Shown: positions 1 through 8,360 of the stretch, piece after piece
Layout: each line of letters starts with the position of its first letter
Position numbering within the stretch: position 1 is the first letter of the stretch
Source: Candidatus Omnitrophota bacterium
GTDB taxonomy: Bacteria > Omnitrophota > Gorgyraeia > Gygaellales > Profunditerraquicolaceae
DNA: 64,000 bases
Assembly: GCA_028712175.1 (NCBI GenBank)
Contig: JAQTQQ010000001.1
Location: forward strand, 96,992 to 160,991
Reading direction: 5' to 3'
Notes under the pieces: model-generated
Seen by the model: the letters and a program-made list of their open reading frames with translations, nothing else
Databases searched by the model: none
What the model was told of the DNA's origin: nothing
Translations under genes and position numbers: made by a program

Positions 1-1
1 G

Positions 2-334
2 GCTCCTACTACACTCTTGGGCCAGAAAACCTCTACTTCGCTTGAAGGCCGGGTAAAAGAAAAACACGGTTACCCATTAAAGATATCCGAGATGCTGGCT
101 ATTTTACCCGGGGTGTATTATATAGAAAGAGTTTCTTTAGACTCGGCTAGTGAAGTGTTAAAAGCTAAGCGCGCAATTAGACAGGCATTCAATAACCAGA
201 TAAACAATTTAGGGTTTTCTTTGGTTGAGGTGCTTTCTCCCTGTCCGACTTATTTTGGAAAAACTCCCAAGGAGGCGCTGGAGTGGGTAAAGCTTGTTAT
301 GCAAAAAGAATTTCCTTTAGGAAAGATTAAATGA
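2..334 (+). CDS. 2-oxoacid:ferredoxin oxidoreductase, beta (TPP-binding) subunit, C-terminal fragment (5' end outside window)
   Basis: Frame is open from the window start. The C-terminal motif 'EVLSPCPTYFGK' is typical of PorB/KorB-type beta subunits, and the gene is translationally coupled to the gamma subunit downstream. Confidence 0.55.
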   Translation, partial: APTTLLGQKTSTSLEGRVKEKHGYPLKISEMLAILPGVYYIERVSLDSASEVLKAKRAIRQAFNNQINNLGFSLVEVLSPCPTYFGKTPKEALEWVKLVMQKEFPLGKIK

Positions 335-867
335 CCGAGCAAATAATTATTGCCGGCAGCGGCGGCCAAGGGGTAATGCTTTTGGGCAAGGTTTTGGCTG
401 AGACAGCCATGTTCGAAGGTAAGCATGTTGCTTATTTGCCTGCCTATGGGCCAGAGGTACGCGGAGGTACAAGCCATTGCATGGTAAATATTTCGGATAA
501 GGAAATCGGCTCGCCTTATATAAGCAAAGCGGACACGCTTATAATTTTAAACAACCCCTCGTTAGAAAGATTTAAGGACAAGGTGAGGAGTGACGGCTTA
601 TTAATCCTTAATTCTTCTTTAGCCGAAATCCACGATTATGCTAAGATAAAAATATTCAGTTTTCCGTTTACCGATATCGCTATAAAATTAGGCAATATAA
701 AGGTAGCTAATATGGTGGCATTGGGGTGTTATTTGTCTGCTAAAAAAGTTATCAAGGCCGATGATGTGCTCAAGGTGTTTAAATTTATGGCGCCGGAGGG
801 CAACTTGAAAATTTTAGAAATAAATCAACGGGCATTAAAAGAAGGGATAGGATTAAATAATGGTTAG
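331..867 (+). CDS. 2-oxoacid:ferredoxin oxidoreductase gamma subunit
   Basis: 'IIIAGSGGQGVMLLGKVLA...AYLPAYGPEVRGG' is the classic pyruvate/ketoisovalerate oxidoreductase gamma-subunit signature. It overlaps the upstream gene by 4 nt. Confidence 0.75.
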   Translation: MTEQIIIAGSGGQGVMLLGKVLAETAMFEGKHVAYLPAYGPEVRGGTSHCMVNISDKEIGSPYISKADTLIILNNPSLERFKDKVRSDGLLILNSSLAEIHDYAKIKIFSFPFTDIAIKLGNIKVANMVALGCYLSAKKVIKADDVLKVFKFMAPEGNLKILEINQRALKEGIGLNNG

Positions 868-2173
868 GGTAAGATTTGCGCCAAGTCCGACGGGTAATTT
901 GCATATTGGCGGCGGCCGCACCGCATTGTTTAATTGGCTTTTTTCCCAGTCGCAAAAAGGGAAATTTATTCTAAGGATTGAGGATACAGATAAAGAACGT
1001 TCTAAGAAAGAATTTGTCGATGAAATACTCGGCAGCCTTCAATGGCTTGGGTTTAACTGGGATGAAATATATTATCAAAGTGAACGTTTCGAGGCCTACC
1101 GCATGTTTGCAGATAAATTGCTTGAAGCGGGCCTGGCTTATATTGAGAAATCTCCCGAGGGCAAAGAGGCAATAATTTATAAAGTCCCCGCACAGAAGAT
1201 AAAAGTCGATGATTTGATACGCGGGGAGATTGAATTTGACTCCAGTTTAATTAAGGACCAGGTTTTGATTAAATCCGACGGCACACCCACATATAATTTT
1301 GCCTGTGTTGTTGATGACGCCCAGATGAATATTACGCATATTATTCGAGGGGATGACCATATCTCTAATACTCCAAAACAGGTTCTTTTGTATAAAGCCC
1401 TGGGGTTTGAACTTCCGCTTTTTGCCCATCTCCCCTTGATTATGGGTGTAGACGGAGGAAGGCTTTCTAAAAGAACAGGGGCAACCGCGATAAGTGATTA
1501 CCGAAAAATGGGCTATTTACCCGAGGCTTTATTAAATTATCTCCTGCTTCTTAGCTGGTCTCCGGGAGAAAACCGCGAGCTTATTCCGGTAAAAGATGCG
1601 GTGAAATTATTTGATATAAAAAATATAAATAAGACATCAGCAACGTTCGATTTAAAAAAACTGGACTGGATAAATAACCAATATCTTAAAAACGCAGATC
1701 CGGAGCAATTGGCGGATGAGCTTATTCCGCTGCTTGAGGCAAGAAATTACATAAAGAAGGATAATTTTGACCGCAGGTATCTTCTGAGTTTGGTAAAATT
1801 ATTCCAGGCCCGCCTTGCGCGCCTGAATGATTTTGTAGATTGGGCGGATTTTTTCTTCCTTGATGAGCCGGTAATGGATGAGGCAGCGGTAAGAAAATAT
1901 CTGGATCCTTCCGGCCTGCCTGCCGGAAGGGACTTACCAGGAGAGCTCGGGGTTTTTGTTAAAAGGCTCGATAATCTGGTTGAGTTTAATGTTGCGAATA
2001 TTGAATCCAGCTTCAGGGAATTAGTGGTCGAGCTAGGTATCGAGGCTAAACAACTAATTCATCCCATACGCGTTGCCCTTACCGGCAAGACTATCGGGCC
2101 GGGATTATTTGAAGTAATTTATTATCTGGGGAAAGAAACTAGTAAAAAGAGGCTGTTAAAATGGGTAAAATAA
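860..2173 (+). CDS. gltX: glutamate--tRNA ligase (class I aaRS)
   Basis: HIGH motif 'PSPTGNLHIGG', KMSKS-like 'RLSKR', and 437 aa length. Confidence 0.9.
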   Translation: MVRVRFAPSPTGNLHIGGGRTALFNWLFSQSQKGKFILRIEDTDKERSKKEFVDEILGSLQWLGFNWDEIYYQSERFEAYRMFADKLLEAGLAYIEKSPEGKEAIIYKVPAQKIKVDDLIRGEIEFDSSLIKDQVLIKSDGTPTYNFACVVDDAQMNITHIIRGDDHISNTPKQVLLYKALGFELPLFAHLPLIMGVDGGRLSKRTGATAISDYRKMGYLPEALLNYLLLLSWSPGENRELIPVKDAVKLFDIKNINKTSATFDLKKLDWINNQYLKNADPEQLADELIPLLEARNYIKKDNFDRRYLLSLVKLFQARLARLNDFVDWADFFFLDEPVMDEAAVRKYLDPSGLPAGRDLPGELGVFVKRLDNLVEFNVANIESSFRELVVELGIEAKQLIHPIRVALTGKTIGPGLFEVIYYLGKETSKKRLLKWVK

Positions 2174-2637
2174 GAATTTATCTCCTTTGTTGCATTTTTT
2201 CCTTCTTCATGCAAAGTTTATGCCAGAGCGAAGTTATAACCCTTAAATCAGGGGAGAGGATAGAGGGTAAGATTGTTGAGCAAACAGATAAATATGTTAA
2301 ATTGGATTTTGAAGGTGCCCGGATAATATATTTAAAGGATGAAATCATTAATATCAGCCCGGCAGCTTCAAATGATCCTGCGCAGGCCCGGGCTCTTTAT
2401 AAGGCATATCCCGGCCAGCTTAATGTTTCTGTCAATAAGCCAAAAGAACCTAACCCTAAATACGGCGGGAAAAGGTATCAGAATGTACCGGAGCCTATTA
2501 CACAGGCAGTTGCTAATAATCAGCCTGCTATCCCTGTGCAAATCGAAGGTTTAGCTTCATCCGGGAATTATCAGGAGATGGTTAAGGCGGCTATCTTGGG
2601 ATTAGATGGCCTTAAGCTGCAAGAAGAGAAAAATTAA
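2161..2637 (+). CDS. hypothetical secreted protein
   Basis: N-terminal hydrophobic signal-like segment. It contains the small motif 'ITLKSGERIEGKIVEQTDKYVKLDF' that recurs at the C-terminus of the TPR protein at 16060..17571. Confidence 0.4.
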   Translation: MGKIRIYLLCCIFSFFMQSLCQSEVITLKSGERIEGKIVEQTDKYVKLDFEGARIIYLKDEIINISPAASNDPAQARALYKAYPGQLNVSVNKPKEPNPKYGGKRYQNVPEPITQAVANNQPAIPVQIEGLASSGNYQEMVKAAILGLDGLKLQEEKN

Positions 2638-2713
2638 CCGAAAATTATTTTTTTTGGCCCCTTGATATTAGCAGCGATTATATGTTATATTTATTTAGAA
2701 GTGTTAAGTTAAA

Positions 2714-2796
2714 AGGCAAGGGGTAAACTACCAGCGGGCAGGCAATGCCCAGCAATAAAAGCCAATAAAATTTCCCCTTGCCTTTTTATTTTTTTG
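2714..2796 (+). terminator. structured GC-rich element ending in a T-tract (terminator-like or small RNA) downstream of gltX operon
   Basis: The 10-bp arms AGGCAAGGGG (2714-2723) and CCCCTTGCCT (2774-2783) are followed by TTTTTATTTTTTT. Between them is an inner GC hairpin 'cagcgggcagg...cctgcccagc'-like segment, so the loop is long for a plain terminator. Confidence 0.4.
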
Positions 2797-2839
2797 ATAC
2801 TATAGTAACAGTTATAACCTATGTAACAAAGGGGGGCTG

Positions 2840-3025
2840 ATGTCCAAGAGAACTCTTTTAGCAATTTTTCTTTTTGTTTTTATTCTTTCAGCCAGCGGAT
2901 GTACTGTTGTTAAGGGTATAGGAGGCGCTGCCTGTGGATTAGGCAAGGGGGTAGCGGAAGGATTCAATGATGACGCAAACTTTATCAAAAAGGCTGATAG
3001 GTGGACGAAAGACAATCTTTGGTAA
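2840..3025 (+). CDS. small lipoprotein (61 aa)
   Basis: Signal peptide plus lipobox 'LSASGC', with a GGGGG RBS-like purine tract 6 nt upstream. Confidence 0.45.
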   Translation: MSKRTLLAIFLFVFILSASGCTVVKGIGGAACGLGKGVAEGFNDDANFIKKADRWTKDNLW

Positions 3026-3075
3026 TACCAGATTAGGAGCCAATTAATAATTGATTAGTTTTCTTTAGCAGAGTT

Positions 3076-3101
3076 AAGCCGGGCTTGCCCCGGCTTTTAT
3101 T
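3076..3101 (+). terminator. rho-independent terminator
   Basis: GCCGGG-CTTGC-CCCGGC hairpin (3078-3094) followed by TTTTATT. Confidence 0.6.
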
Positions 3102-3168
3102 CTAGCGATGTATTAGGCTTTACAGGTTTTCTAAAATCAGATATAATTATTCGCAAATTGCCTGCTAT

Positions 3169-3239
3169 TGCCCTGTCGTCTAATGGTAGGACACAAGATT
3201 CTGGATCTTGTTATCATGGTTCGAGTCCATGCGGGGCAG
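3169..3239 (+). tRNA. tRNA-Gln (anticodon CUG)
   Basis: Hand-folded cloverleaf. Acceptor stem is TGCCCTG/CGGGGCA with U1:A72 and discriminator G73, both Gln identity elements. D-stem is GTCT/GGAC. Anticodon stem is CAAGA/TCTTG with loop TTCTGGA, giving anticodon CTG. T-arm is CATGG-TTCGAGT-CCATG. CCA is not encoded. Confidence 0.8.
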
Positions 3240-3434
3240 TTAAGCCTGATGCGGCCCTAAGGGGCCTGCGCCAGGCTTATTTGTTTACGCATGGACTAGA
3301 ACCAAAGGGGGTGCGGGGGCCGCCCGCGCTTTCGGGGTGACACCCGCCACGCTTTTTGGCGGGGCCATAGGGGCAGAGCCCCTTTGGGGAGGAGCGATAG
3401 TGACGACTGGTTCGAGTCCATGCGGGGCAGTTAA
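3218..3434 (+). repeat. 27-bp direct repeat (tRNA-Gln 3' end duplicated 190 bp downstream) bracketing a terminator hairpin and a GC-rich structured segment
   Basis: 'tggttcgagtccatgcggggcagttaa' occurs at 3218-3244 and again exactly at 3408-3434. The intervening ~165 bp is far more GC-rich than the surrounding DNA. Confidence 0.7.
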
Positions 3435-3506
3435 TTTTTTTAGTCATTTGCAGCAATGCATCCAGAGAATTTTTGCATAAAACCGGGTAGCAGGAAAGGA
3501 GTGGTT

Positions 3507-3980
3507 ATGAGAATAATCTTGATTTTATTGCTTTACGCTCTTTTATTCAACACTTCATTATCCATGGCCAATGAAGAAGCTAATAAATTAGGAAATGAAG
3601 GCATTCTACTGATCCAGAAAGGAAAAATTGATGCAGGCCTGGATTTGATGAAGCAGGCCACTCAAATCTCTCCCGACGACGCTTCCTGGCATATGAATTA
3701 CGGAAGCATGCTTTTTACAAAAGGCCAGCAAATTTTTCAATCCGGCAATAAACAAGATGCCGATGGCGTATTAAAAGAGGCGGAAGAAGAGCTGTTGTTA
3801 GCGGTAGACCTATTTAAAACCAATGACTTTATGCTCATAAGCCAATGTTATTTTTTGATCGGAGACATCTATTTTTACGCCTATAGTAACAAAAACCAGG
3901 CAAAAATTTTTTATCAGAAGTCTTTAGGCTATTATCCGGAACATGGCGGCGCAATCGAAGCTATGAAACGGTATCAATAG
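3507..3980 (+). CDS. secreted TPR-like repeat protein
   Basis: The likely true start is the internal Met (MRIILILLLYALL...) because RBS GGAAAGGAG lies 7 nt upstream. It has a signal peptide and helical-repeat composition. Confidence 0.5.
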   Translation: MRIILILLLYALLFNTSLSMANEEANKLGNEGILLIQKGKIDAGLDLMKQATQISPDDASWHMNYGSMLFTKGQQIFQSGNKQDADGVLKEAEEELLLAVDLFKTNDFMLISQCYFLIGDIYFYAYSNKNQAKIFYQKSLGYYPEHGGAIEAMKRYQ

Positions 3981-4022
3981 GACTATATTTTAAGTTAAAG
4001 AAATTTATATCTAGTAAAATAT

Positions 4023-4283
4023 ATGGCGCAATCCAAGAAAGTTCAATCCTGGTATGTATATATTCTTAAGTGTAAGAATAGCAGCCTTTACACCGGTATA
4101 ACCAATAATTTACAGCGCAGGTTAAGCGTTCATCGTCAGGGTAAAGGTGCAAAATACACAAATTCCTTTGGAGTGCTTGGTATTGTTTACCGGAAGAAAT
4201 ATCCTACCAAACAAGAGGCACTTATGCAGGAAGCCCGGATCAAAAAGTTGACAAGAAAGGATAAACTCGCTTTGATCAAGTGA
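4023..4283 (+). CDS. GIY-YIG nuclease family protein (UPF0213-like)
   Basis: 'WYVYILKCKNSSLYTGITNNLQRRLSVHRQGKGAKYT' is a canonical GIY-YIG core, in an 86-aa protein. Confidence 0.7.
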   Translation: MAQSKKVQSWYVYILKCKNSSLYTGITNNLQRRLSVHRQGKGAKYTNSFGVLGIVYRKKYPTKQEALMQEARIKKLTRKDKLALIK

Positions 4284-4465
4284 GGCGGGTAGTTATTATA
4301 AATAAACCCCATATTCATTGCTGCTTCGTTGTTTAATTCCCGCCCCCAGAGCTATTTTGCCCAGATTAGAAAGCTTGTTTAATTTGAAGTTGCTTGTATA
4401 ATTAAAATTATAGGTTCTCCAGTTTAATCATATTTATATGTATTATTAGGTGAGGATAGTCTTAT

Positions 4466-5938
4466 ATGATACCGGTTGAGAATATTTTATTTTTGGTCGC
4501 TATATTGATTTTCTTAAGCGTTATTTCAAGCAAGCTTTCCGATAAGTTTGCCATTCCCGTATTGCTGATCTTTTTAACAATTGGGATACTCGCCGGTTCA
4601 GAAGGGCTGGGAGGGCTTTATTTTAACAATGCACAATTAGCCAAGTCTATCGGGATCGTTGCCCTTATTTTTATTATTTTCTCCGGAGGTTTCGATACAA
4701 ACTGGAAGGAGACAAGGTCGGTTGTCTGGCCGGGAATTATCCTTTCAACAGCAGGAGTTTTACTGACCGCAATAATAACCGGTTTTTTTGCCGTCTATAT
4801 TTTAAAATTTTCTTTATTGCAGGGCTTGCTTTTAGGTTCGATAGTTTCCTCAACCGACGCCGCAGCCGTATTCAGTATTTTGAGATCTAAAAGAATAAGC
4901 CTAAAAAAACCCCTGAAACAGTTGCTTGAGCTTGAATCTGGCAGCAACGATCCCATGGCGGTATTTTTGACCGTCGGTTTTATCAGCGTCTTGACGGTAA
5001 AAAACATGACTATTCTGGCTTTAATTCCCAGATTCATATTGGACATGGGGATGGGGGCTTTGACGGGGTATCTAATGGCGAAATTTATACTTTTCTTTAT
5101 CAAGCGCCTCAAGCTGGAATATGAAGGCCTGTATCCTGTAATAATGCTTTCCTTTGTCCTGATGACTTACACTGTAGCCGTTTTTTTAAAAGGCAACGGG
5201 ATTCTTGCGGTGTATATTACCGGATTAATGCTGGGGCAGGTGGATTTTCCGAATAAAAGGATGATTATGAGGTTTCATGACGGCCTGGCCTGGCTCATGC
5301 AGATTGTCATGTTTGTGACATTAGGTTTATTGGTTTTTCCTTCGCATATTGTCCCGTTTATAGGATCAGGTTTGTTGCTTACGCTTCTTCTCATGGTGGT
5401 TGCCCGGCCGGTTAGCGTATTCTTATGCCTTCTGCCGTTTAATATGACCATTCAGAAAAAGGCAATGGTTGCCTGGGTTGGCCTTAGGGGCTCGGTCCCT
5501 ATTATCCTGGCGACGTTTCCTTTTATGGCAGGTATACCGCAAGCAGGCACGATTTTTAATATCGTATTTTTTGTCGTTATTGCATCAGTTTTTATTCAAG
5601 GAACATCTATCCCGATAGTCTCGAGAATATTAAAACTGGATATTCCCTGGACCAATAAGATAAATTATCCCATTGAATTTGAAAAAACAAAGGCTGTCGA
5701 TGCGGATTTGGCAGATATTATTGTGCCTTATGATTCTGTGGCTGTGGGGAAAAGCTTAGGCGCTTTAAGCGTTCCCCAGAAGTGCCTGATTGTGCTTATT
5801 TCCCGCGAAGGTAGATTTGTTATACCATCAGGCTCTACTATTATAGAGGGCGGGGATGTTTTATTGGTTCTTGCCAATGAAGCCGATTTTTCTGCTTTCC
5901 AACAAACAGTCTCCCAGCTTAAGAACAAGGAAGATTAG
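4466..5938 (+). CDS. nhaP2: K+/H+ antiporter, NhaP2/CvrA-type (CPA1) with C-terminal TrkA-C domain
   Basis: N-terminus 'IPVLLIFLTIGILAGSEGLGG...GSIVSSTDAAAVFSIL' closely follows the CvrA/NhaP2 pattern. It has about 11 TM segments and a C-terminal regulatory domain. Confidence 0.7.
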   Translation: MIPVENILFLVAILIFLSVISSKLSDKFAIPVLLIFLTIGILAGSEGLGGLYFNNAQLAKSIGIVALIFIIFSGGFDTNWKETRSVVWPGIILSTAGVLLTAIITGFFAVYILKFSLLQGLLLGSIVSSTDAAAVFSILRSKRISLKKPLKQLLELESGSNDPMAVFLTVGFISVLTVKNMTILALIPRFILDMGMGALTGYLMAKFILFFIKRLKLEYEGLYPVIMLSFVLMTYTVAVFLKGNGILAVYITGLMLGQVDFPNKRMIMRFHDGLAWLMQIVMFVTLGLLVFPSHIVPFIGSGLLLTLLLMVVARPVSVFLCLLPFNMTIQKKAMVAWVGLRGSVPIILATFPFMAGIPQAGTIFNIVFFVVIASVFIQGTSIPIVSRILKLDIPWTNKINYPIEFEKTKAVDADLADIIVPYDSVAVGKSLGALSVPQKCLIVLISREGRFVIPSGSTIIEGGDVLLVLANEADFSAFQQTVSQLKNKED

Positions 5939-6019
5939 AGGTATTCTCCGCAGGTTCCCCGAAGAGTATCACTTGAGGTATTAATGAAAAGTAGTATAAT
6001 AAAAACATTAGGTCAATAA

Positions 6020-6072
6020 GCGGCCTGGGATCCATAAGCATTTCCAGTGGATTATTTAGATGACCGGGCCGC
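6020..6072 (+). promoter_or_regulatory. GC-rich imperfect hairpin in the nhaP2-otsA intergenic region
   Basis: A 9-bp stem GCGGCCTGG / CCGGGCCGC encloses a sub-hairpin GGATCCA...TGGATTA. Such a GC stem is unusual in this AT-rich genome. Confidence 0.3.
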
Positions 6073-6123
6073 CATCTTGCAAGAGTGACGCAGGATGGCA
6101 TTTTATTTTTAAGGGGGAAGTAG

Positions 6124-8358
6124 ATGAAAAGACTGCTTTTGTTTATTCTGCCGATTTTAATCATTGTCTCCGTTGCTTTTACGGTATTTGGGATTATCCA
6201 AATACGTTCCGAAGAAGAAAACCTTATGGATGACCTTAAAAGAAAGGCGAGGACGGTTGCAGAAAGCGTCGAATTATCTGCAAGATATGTGTTTATTAAT
6301 AACGATTTAAAATTAGCCAAAAGGCTGGTTGAGAGTTTTCAAAAAAGAGAACGGATGCAGGGGTGTGTTCTTTACGGCCAAGACGGCCAGGTTCTGGCCA
6401 TTACGGAACGCATATCAGATTTGATTCAGAAGGACAGGCCTTATCTAAAAGAAGTTTTAAATTCTAAGAATCCCCGCGGGGCAATAGAGAAATTTGGTGA
6501 TTATTCGGTATACAGTTATATCCTTCCGGTTCCAGGAGAGGATGGCGCCGTGTTGGGCATGGTAGAAATTATCTATGATACCTCCTATCTGTTTACTACT
6601 TTAGCCGAGCTATGGAAAAGGATAAGCATAACATTAATTGCTTTAATAGTGTTTATAGCTACAGTTGCTTTATTAATCCAAAGGCAGATTTTTATCCTGC
6701 CTGTACGCCGGCTTACCCAATGGTTTACGCATTTTCAAAAAGGGGAAATTGAAAAACTGAGGCCATTTGAAGAGAAAGGGGAGTTTGGCAAGTTCATAAG
6801 CGAGGTTGAGCAGGTCGCTTTAGGGTTAAGGGTCGCCAGAAAAGTTGTTACTGAAGAGGCGCATGTGCGTATTAAAGAAGAACTCTGGACGGAGAATAAA
6901 CTGCGCGATCTTATCCGCGCCAAATTAGGTGAAAATGCTTTTTTTGTGGTCTCTAACCGGGAGCCTTATATGCATGTTTTAGATGAGGTAACCGGTTTAC
7001 CTAAATGTACGCGCCCGGCAAGCGGAGTTGTTACCGCGATAGACCCGATTCTGCGCGCTTGTGGCGGGACATGGATTGCGCATGGAAGCACTGCAGCGGA
7101 TAAGAAGTTTGTTAATTCCAAGAACAAGCTTGGCGTTCCGCCAGAAGATAACCGTTATATCCTTAAAAGAGTATGGCTCACGAAAGAAGAAGAGGACGGT
7201 TATTACTATGGTTTTTCCAACGAAGGCCTCTGGCCGCTTTGCCATGTAACACATACCCGCCCAATATTCAGGGAAACTGACTGGCAGATGTATAAAAAAG
7301 TTAATCAGAAATTTGCCGATAGCGTATTAGAAGAGCTTCCGGCCAAAGATCCGTTTATTTTTATCCAAGACTATCATTTTACCCTGCTTGCCGCAATGAT
7401 TAAAGAACAAAGGCCCGATGCGAGAATAGCTTTATTCTGGCATATTCCTTGGCCTAACCCGGAAGTTTTTGCGATTTGCCCTTATCAGCAGGAGATACTC
7501 AACGGAATGCTTGCTTGCGACTTAATCGGATTTCATGTTCAGGTACATTGCAATAATTTTCTCGATACCGCAAACCGGCTGATTGAATGCCGCGTTGATA
7601 CGGAAAAATTCAGCGTAGTTAGGGCCAATAAGGAAACATCCATCAAGGCTTTTCCGATCAGCGTTGATGGTTATATGAAAGATAAAACAATACAATCCGA
7701 ATTTATGCAGGTAGATAAGATTAAGCAGGAATTCCAGTTAGAGGATAAAATAGTGGCGGTTGGAGTAGACAGAATCGATTATACAAAAGGGCTCATTGAA
7801 CGGGTCCTTGCCGTTGATAGATTTTTAGAGAAATACCCTGAATACAAGAATAAATTTGTATTTATTCAGTTAGCCGCCCCCAGCCGGACGCATATAAAAC
7901 GCTATCATGATCTAATCGGCGAACTTGATGAGCTGATAGAAAAAAAGAACTGGAAGCATTCCGAAGGGGCTTGGAAACCGATAATTTATTTAAAGAGGCA
8001 TTTTTCTCCGGAGGATATAAGCCCGTATTATTTGCTTGCGGATTTATGCATTGTCAGTTCCTTACACGACGGGATGAACTTGGTGGCTAAAGAATATGTT
8101 GCTTCAAATAGCGCTTTAAACGGCGTATTATTGCTCAGCCGTTTTACAGGTGCCGCCAAGGAATTAACCGATGCCGTGCAGATAAATCCGTATTCAATAG
8201 AAGAATTTGCCGATGCAATAAAGTTTGCCGTTGAAATGCCGCATGAAGAAAGAAAAAGACGCATGGAGAATATGCGCAAGATAATCACAGAAAATAATAT
8301 TTACCGCTGGGCCGGGGATATAATTACGGAATTAACCTCGATAAAGAAGGCTGTCTGA
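6124..8358 (+). CDS. otsA: trehalose-6-phosphate synthase (GT20) fused to N-terminal TM-sensor-TM-HAMP module
   Basis: The C-terminal 480 aa carry GT20/OtsA motifs 'VVSNREPY', 'GFSNEGLWPLCH', 'FIQDYHF', 'FWHIPWPNPEVF', 'GVDRIDYTKGL' and 'DGMNLVAKEYVA'. The N-terminal 260 aa are TM1, a ~150-aa periplasmic domain, TM2, and a HAMP-like 'ILPVRRLTQWF...EKGEFGKFISEVEQVALGL'. Confidence 0.85.
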   Translation: MKRLLLFILPILIIVSVAFTVFGIIQIRSEEENLMDDLKRKARTVAESVELSARYVFINNDLKLAKRLVESFQKRERMQGCVLYGQDGQVLAITERISDLIQKDRPYLKEVLNSKNPRGAIEKFGDYSVYSYILPVPGEDGAVLGMVEIIYDTSYLFTTLAELWKRISITLIALIVFIATVALLIQRQIFILPVRRLTQWFTHFQKGEIEKLRPFEEKGEFGKFISEVEQVALGLRVARKVVTEEAHVRIKEELWTENKLRDLIRAKLGENAFFVVSNREPYMHVLDEVTGLPKCTRPASGVVTAIDPILRACGGTWIAHGSTAADKKFVNSKNKLGVPPEDNRYILKRVWLTKEEEDGYYYGFSNEGLWPLCHVTHTRPIFRETDWQMYKKVNQKFADSVLEELPAKDPFIFIQDYHFTLLAAMIKEQRPDARIALFWHIPWPNPEVFAICPYQQEILNGMLACDLIGFHVQVHCNNFLDTANRLIECRVDTEKFSVVRANKETSIKAFPISVDGYMKDKTIQSEFMQVDKIKQEFQLEDKIVAVGVDRIDYTKGLIERVLAVDRFLEKYPEYKNKFVFIQLAAPSRTHIKRYHDLIGELDELIEKKNWKHSEGAWKPIIYLKRHFSPEDISPYYLLADLCIVSSLHDGMNLVAKEYVASNSALNGVLLLSRFTGAAKELTDAVQINPYSIEEFADAIKFAVEMPHEERKRRMENMRKIITENNIYRWAGDIITELTSIKKAV

Positions 8359-8360
8359 TT

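Noticed and set aside
978-1429. Short internal ORFs 978..1175 (+) and 1247..1429 (-)
   Set aside because: They are nested within gltX, which has unambiguous class-I aaRS motifs.
3158-3340. 60-aa ORF in the track
   Set aside because: It lies entirely over tRNA-Gln and its GC-rich downstream insert. The tRNA cloverleaf is well supported, so the ORF is spurious.
3245-3407. Idea that the GC-rich segment plus the duplicated 3' end forms a second tRNA, a permuted tmRNA, or a tRNA intron
   Set aside because: I could not find a 5' acceptor strand (CTGCCCCGCA) or D/anticodon arms in the segment. Only the T-arm/acceptor 3' half is present.
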